This document shows, piece by piece, positions 26,273-30,702 of a stretch of 30,702 nt of DNA. This stretch comes from Flavobacteriales bacterium (GTDB lineage Bacteria; Bacteroidota; Bacteroidia; Flavobacteriales_F; PHOS-HE28). Numbering within the stretch: the stretch's first letter is position 1; every line of letters starts with the position of its first letter. The notes under the pieces are model-generated. The model saw nothing but the letters and a program-made list of their open reading frames with translations. It was not told where the DNA came from and made no database searches. The stretch lies in contig JALOLX010000002.1 in assembly GCA_025455765.1 (NCBI GenBank), positions 1-30,702 on the forward strand. Direction: 5' to 3'. Both the position numbers and the translations under genes were made by a program.

Positions 26273-29200
26273 ATGACGCGACGCATCATCCTCTTTGAGC
26301 TCAGATTCTGGATGCGTCAGCCTCAACTTTGGCTGTTCAGTGGGATGGCTTTCGCATTCGCCTGTGCGTTGGCGGTGTTCGAAGGTGGCGGTGAAGGCAG
26401 TGCCGGAATGGTCCACGTCAATTCACCTTCACACGTCTACGACCTCTACGCCAACCTGTCGTTCCTGTGGCTGCCGATGGTCACAGCCTTCGTGAACGCC
26501 ACGGCGATCCGCGACTTTGCGCAGCGTACATCGGACATCGTGTTCAGCACCGTGGTCACCAAACGGCAATATGTGCTGGGGCGTTCCATGGGGAGCACAC
26601 TCGTAGCCCTCACCCCAACACTCGGCATCTCAGCCGGGCTGATCCTAGGTAGTTGGATCCCATATGGCGATCCCATCCGCTTCGGTGCGAACGATCTGCT
26701 CGTCCATGCACAAGCCTTCCTTTGGTTCGCTGTCACCAGCATCTTCTTTCAAAGTGCTGTGATGTTCGCAGTTGCTACCGTCGTGCGCTCGGCGGCAGCT
26801 GCCTTCGTCACATCCATCGTCCTCGTCGTGCTTAATGTGATCGCAACCGCCTACTCCACCGAGATGGAGAATGGTCTGCTTGCGGCCTTGTTGGATCCGT
26901 TCGCCAACCAAGCCTTGAACGAAGTGACCCGCTATTGGAGCGTGGATGAGCGGAATAGTGCTCTTCTCCCCGTGTTCGGTCCGCTCACCTATAACCGCCT
27001 GCTATGGCTGCTAATTGGAACAGGGATCTTTCTTGTGGCATATCTCCGCTTCTCGTTCACAGAACGCCGTCAGAACAGTCCCAACACCCTCAGAGAACTC
27101 CCGACACACATCGGAGCTGACACGGTGATCCCAGGGGTCATCCTCCGTCATGATCGGTCCTCCGATCGGCACCGCTTCATTGCCGTGCTGGCCTCAGACC
27201 TACGCAGCTTGTTCACCACGCCGGTATTCTGGATCATCACCGGCCTTGGTCTCTTGATGACCGCGATCACCTTGAGCGAGGTCACGTCAGCCTTCGGCAA
27301 CCACAGCTGGCCAGTGACCTACCACGTCGCCGAAATGCTGCGCGGCATGTCCATGCTCTTTATCATGGTGCTCATCACGTTCTATAGCGGTGAGCTGCTC
27401 TGGCGTGACCGTGATGCTGGCTTGGAGGGGATCATGAACGCACTTCCTGTCCGCACCGCCCTCCCACTGTTGGCCAAGCTCAGCACGCTCATCATCGTCG
27501 GAACGTTCGTTCTCACTCTGATGGCCCTGATCGGCGTGGTCGCCCAACTCATCCAAGGCTACACGGCCATCCAGCCAATGACCTACTTCATGGGCTTCAT
27601 CCTGCCCGGTGTGGTCGCATTCGCGTTCTGGTCCATGGTCGCCATGACCATCCAAACACTTGTTCACAACAAGTATGTAGGCTTCGGCCTGTTCGTCGTG
27701 CTCTTCGCGGTGAATACGCTCGTCTGGCGCTACCTGAAGGTGGAGTCCAACTTGGTGGTGTTCTTCGGGGGACCGCGCCTCCTCTTCTCGGATATGAACG
27801 GCTTCGGGCCTTTCCTGTTGCCATGGACGTTCTTCCGGGCATACTGGCTCGCCTTTGCAGTGTGCCTGCTCTTCATCGCATCGCTCTTCGTGGTGCGCGG
27901 TGGTGAGACCAACTTGGGTTGGCGCTGGCGCATCGCGGGGATCCGATGGAAGCGATCCTGGCGAACAGGAGCTCTGACTTTCAGCGCCTGGGTCGTGTTG
28001 CTGCTCATCGGCTTCTACAACACCCGCATCCTGAACCGACCGGTCACAGAACAGGATAAAGAGGCGCTACAAGTGGCCTATGAGCAGACCTATCAACGCT
28101 ACAGGAATACGGCGCTTCCGCACTTCACTGCCGTGGATATCACTGTGGAACTGGAGCCATACGCACGCAGCATCCGATACACTGCGGAGATGATACTTAC
28201 CAACAAGGGAGAGGCTCCGGTGGATACGTTGTGGTTCAGCCTGCCCGACCACATGGACATGACCTTCGAGGTGCCGAACGCCCGCTTGTTACTGAACGAT
28301 AGCACCCGTTTCCAGCGGATGTACCGTTTGCATCGCTCCCTTGCCACCGGCGACTCCATGAGGGTCGTGGTCACCGGCCAATGGGCACCCAAAGGCCTTA
28401 CGAACGACGTGGAATTCCTGTCATTGGTGGAGAACGGGACCTTCTTGAACACCATGGACCTGTTGCCCATGATCGGCTACCAGGACCAAGTTGAACTGTC
28501 CGACCCGGGTGAACGTCGCAAGGTCGGTCTACCGGTGCGACCGCGCACTGCACCGTTGAGCGATGACCCGCGTTATCGAGCTACGAACGAGACCATGGAT
28601 CATGCCGATCGCATCCGATTCGCGTGTACCATCGGTACAGCACCGGATCAGACCGGCATCGCGCCTGGCACCTTAAAGAAGGAATGGATGGCGGATGGAA
28701 AGCGCTGGTTCCGTTACGAATGCGAAGCGCCCATCTTCAATTTCTGGGCGGTGCTGAGCGCACGCTATCATGTGACTCGTGAGCAAGCTGGCGATGTCAC
28801 GTTGGAAGTGTATCACCATCCCGACCACGGCACGAACGTTCAGCGCATGTTGAAGGCGATGCGCGATGCATTGACCTATGCCTCCGCAGAGTTCGGCCCA
28901 TACCCGCATAGCGTGGCACGGATCATCGAGTTCCCGCGCTACCGGCGCTTCGCGCAATCCTTCCCCGGCACCATGCCATACAGTGAGGCCATCGGCTTCA
29001 TCACGGACCTGCGTGATACCAACCGGATCGACATGGTCTATTATGTGGTGGCGCACGAAGTGGCCCATCAATGGTGGGGGCATCAGGTGCTCGGGCCGCG
29101 CATGCAGGGGTCGTCCATGCTTGTCGAAAGCATGGCGCAGTATACTGCACTAATGGTCCTTGAGAAGGAGTACGGACGCGCTGCAATGAGAAAATTCCTC

Positions 29201-29818
29201 GCCTACGAACAGGACAACTACCTACGCGGAAGGGGGCAGGAAGGGACAGGCGAACTGCCGTTGATGCGTGTAGAAGACCAACAATACATCCACTACAACA
29301 AGGGTAGCGTGGTGATGTATGGCCTGCGCGACATGCTCGGTGAAGAACGCGTCAATTCTGCTTACCGCTCGTTCGTGGATTCGTTCGCCTTCAAAGGGGC
29401 ACCTTATCCCACCACGCTTGACCTCTTCCGAATGATGGAACACGTGACGCCTGACAGTCTGCGCTACGTATTGGAAGATGGGTTGAAGTACATCACCTTC
29501 TACCGGAACGCCATATCCTCAGCGTCCACCGCGCGGGGCCTGGATGGCTCGTGGACCGTATCTATGACCATTGACTGCGCAAAACTTCATTCCGCCCCCT
29601 CTGGGAAGGAACTCGAGGTGCCGATGAAGGACTGGATGGATGTAGCGGTGGTGCTGGAGGATGGCACTGAACGCAACCAAAGGATGAGGCTTCATACCGG
29701 TTCGAACGCCATCCGACTTGTCGTATCACAGAGACCGAAGGCCGTGGTGATCGATCCTGACCACCTGTTCTTCGACCGTGTGATGCAGGACAATATGAAG
29801 ATGGTGGAGGTGCGTTAG
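26273..29818 (+). CDS. ABC-2 type permease fused to an M1-family aminopeptidase domain (copy 2)
   Basis: Same architecture and colinear with copy 1. VVAHEVAHQWW...VE and HYNKG. Confidence 0.92.
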   Translation: MTRRIILFELRFWMRQPQLWLFSGMAFAFACALAVFEGGGEGSAGMVHVNSPSHVYDLYANLSFLWLPMVTAFVNATAIRDFAQRTSDIVFSTVVTKRQYVLGRSMGSTLVALTPTLGISAGLILGSWIPYGDPIRFGANDLLVHAQAFLWFAVTSIFFQSAVMFAVATVVRSAAAAFVTSIVLVVLNVIATAYSTEMENGLLAALLDPFANQALNEVTRYWSVDERNSALLPVFGPLTYNRLLWLLIGTGIFLVAYLRFSFTERRQNSPNTLRELPTHIGADTVIPGVILRHDRSSDRHRFIAVLASDLRSLFTTPVFWIITGLGLLMTAITLSEVTSAFGNHSWPVTYHVAEMLRGMSMLFIMVLITFYSGELLWRDRDAGLEGIMNALPVRTALPLLAKLSTLIIVGTFVLTLMALIGVVAQLIQGYTAIQPMTYFMGFILPGVVAFAFWSMVAMTIQTLVHNKYVGFGLFVVLFAVNTLVWRYLKVESNLVVFFGGPRLLFSDMNGFGPFLLPWTFFRAYWLAFAVCLLFIASLFVVRGGETNLGWRWRIAGIRWKRSWRTGALTFSAWVVLLLIGFYNTRILNRPVTEQDKEALQVAYEQTYQRYRNTALPHFTAVDITVELEPYARSIRYTAEMILTNKGEAPVDTLWFSLPDHMDMTFEVPNARLLLNDSTRFQRMYRLHRSLATGDSMRVVVTGQWAPKGLTNDVEFLSLVENGTFLNTMDLLPMIGYQDQVELSDPGERRKVGLPVRPRTAPLSDDPRYRATNETMDHADRIRFACTIGTAPDQTGIAPGTLKKEWMADGKRWFRYECEAPIFNFWAVLSARYHVTREQAGDVTLEVYHHPDHGTNVQRMLKAMRDALTYASAEFGPYPHSVARIIEFPRYRRFAQSFPGTMPYSEAIGFITDLRDTNRIDMVYYVVAHEVAHQWWGHQVLGPRMQGSSMLVESMAQYTALMVLEKEYGRAAMRKFLAYEQDNYLRGRGQEGTGELPLMRVEDQQYIHYNKGSVVMYGLRDMLGEERVNSAYRSFVDSFAFKGAPYPTTLDLFRMMEHVTPDSLRYVLEDGLKYITFYRNAISSASTARGLDGSWTVSMTIDCAKLHSAPSGKELEVPMKDWMDVAVVLEDGTERNQRMRLHTGSNAIRLVVSQRPKAVVIDPDHLFFDRVMQDNMKMVEVR
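29765..29813 (+). repeat. 49-bp near-identical repeat of 26111-26159
   Basis: CTGTTCTTCGACCGTGTGATGCAGGACAATATGAAGA(C/T)GGTGGAGGTGC, 48 of 49 identical. Confidence 0.9.
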
Positions 29819-29823
29819 CGCCT

Positions 29824-30702
29824 TCACTCCTTCACCAGCCGATGCCAGGATGTGCGACCGGCCGTATCCTCGATCATGATCACGTACACACCGGGGGAAA
29901 GCCCATCCACCTGCAACATCCGTGGCCCCATCACCGTCACATGGTGAACGCGCCCCTGTGCGTCCAACGCATCCACCGAACGGATCGCTGCTGGAAGTTC
30001 CACGTGCACGATAGCACCAGCCGGTACAGGATAGAGCAAGGCACGGGTTCCAGTGAGTGCATCCACGCCCACGTTCAGCACGACCAACACCGTATCCGTG
30101 CTCCACGTACAGCCGAACGCATCGGTGACCAGCGCGTGATAGGAGCCCGTCCCGGTCGCTACGACGGAAGCACTGTCCGCCCCTTCGACCACCTCACCGT
30201 CTTGGTACCACGCCCAGGATGTACCGGCATTGACCCACAACGAATCACCGTCCACCTGCACCGTATACTCAGGATCGCCGCGCTCCAGCACCTCCACGGT
30301 AACATTACGAACCTGACCACTGGCATCCAGCACTTCCACCGAGTAGGTACCGGCACACAGTCCGACGATCGATGTCGTAGTCGCACCAGTACTCCAGATG
30401 AAGCTGAACGGACCATCGCCGTTCGCGAAGACCTGGGCCTCTCCAGCGCAGGTACCGGGACAGATGGTGGATGCGAACACGCTAGCAGCGAAGGTCGTAT
30501 CGACACCTGCGATCAGCATCGCATCGCCATTGCCCACATCATCAATAGTGGTATTGCCGTAGGTGATCACGCCCCAGTAATACCCACCGAAGTAGACCTG
30601 GTACGGGGCGGTGGCTTGCCGGTGGATGCACAACGGGATATCGCGCTGAAAGCCGCTGGGACGTGAGGCCCACACCACGCCCCCACCGCCATCCAGCTTC
30701 GC
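29824..30702 (-). CDS. T9SS type-A CTD cargo with an SprB-like repeat, 5'-truncated by the window edge
   Basis: Frame is open to 30702. SprB-like GPFSFIWSTGATTTSIVGLCAGTYSVEVLDASG and type-A CTD LYPVPA...GLSPGVYVIMI...WHRLVKE. Confidence 0.88.
   Translation of the reverse strand, partial: AKLDGGGGVVWASRPSGFQRDIPLCIHRQATAPYQVYFGGYYWGVITYGNTTIDDVGNGDAMLIAGVDTTFAASVFASTICPGTCAGEAQVFANGDGPFSFIWSTGATTTSIVGLCAGTYSVEVLDASGQVRNVTVEVLERGDPEYTVQVDGDSLWVNAGTSWAWYQDGEVVEGADSASVVATGTGSYHALVTDAFGCTWSTDTVLVVLNVGVDALTGTRALLYPVPAGAIVHVELPAAIRSVDALDAQGRVHHVTVMGPRMLQVDGLSPGVYVIMIEDTAGRTSWHRLVKE

Overview
A 30.7-kb, high-GC chromosomal window from a Bacteroidota (Flavobacteriales-like) bacterium. Left to right: (1) two tandem type IX secretion (T9SS) modules, each [type-B CTD cargo]-[PorP/SprF]-[PD40/OmpA PorE-like]. 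The second cargo has an apparent ~55-nt frameshifting deletion that destroys its secretion signal. (2) pepE and corA. (3) A polyamine block: arginine decarboxylase, a deoxyhypusine-synthase-family enzyme and an acidic-tail protein. (4) A VOC protein, a 65-aa stand-alone GldL-N-like membrane peptide with Gln at the position of the motor's essential Glu, and a secreted MORN-variant protein. (5) An SOS-type locus. A cI/LexA-like S24 repressor and dinB are separated by three tandem, mosaic ORF6N (KilA-N-like) genes and a stack of REP-like hairpin elements. This is the best candidate for an undescribed system. (6) An ABC ATPase and two paralogous ABC-permease/M1-aminopeptidase fusions, marked by a recurring CTTG-N2-CAAG palindrome. 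(7) A partial T9SS type-A cargo. No CRISPR, tRNA, rRNA, integrase or transposase was recognised. Family assignments come from motif recognition, not database searches.
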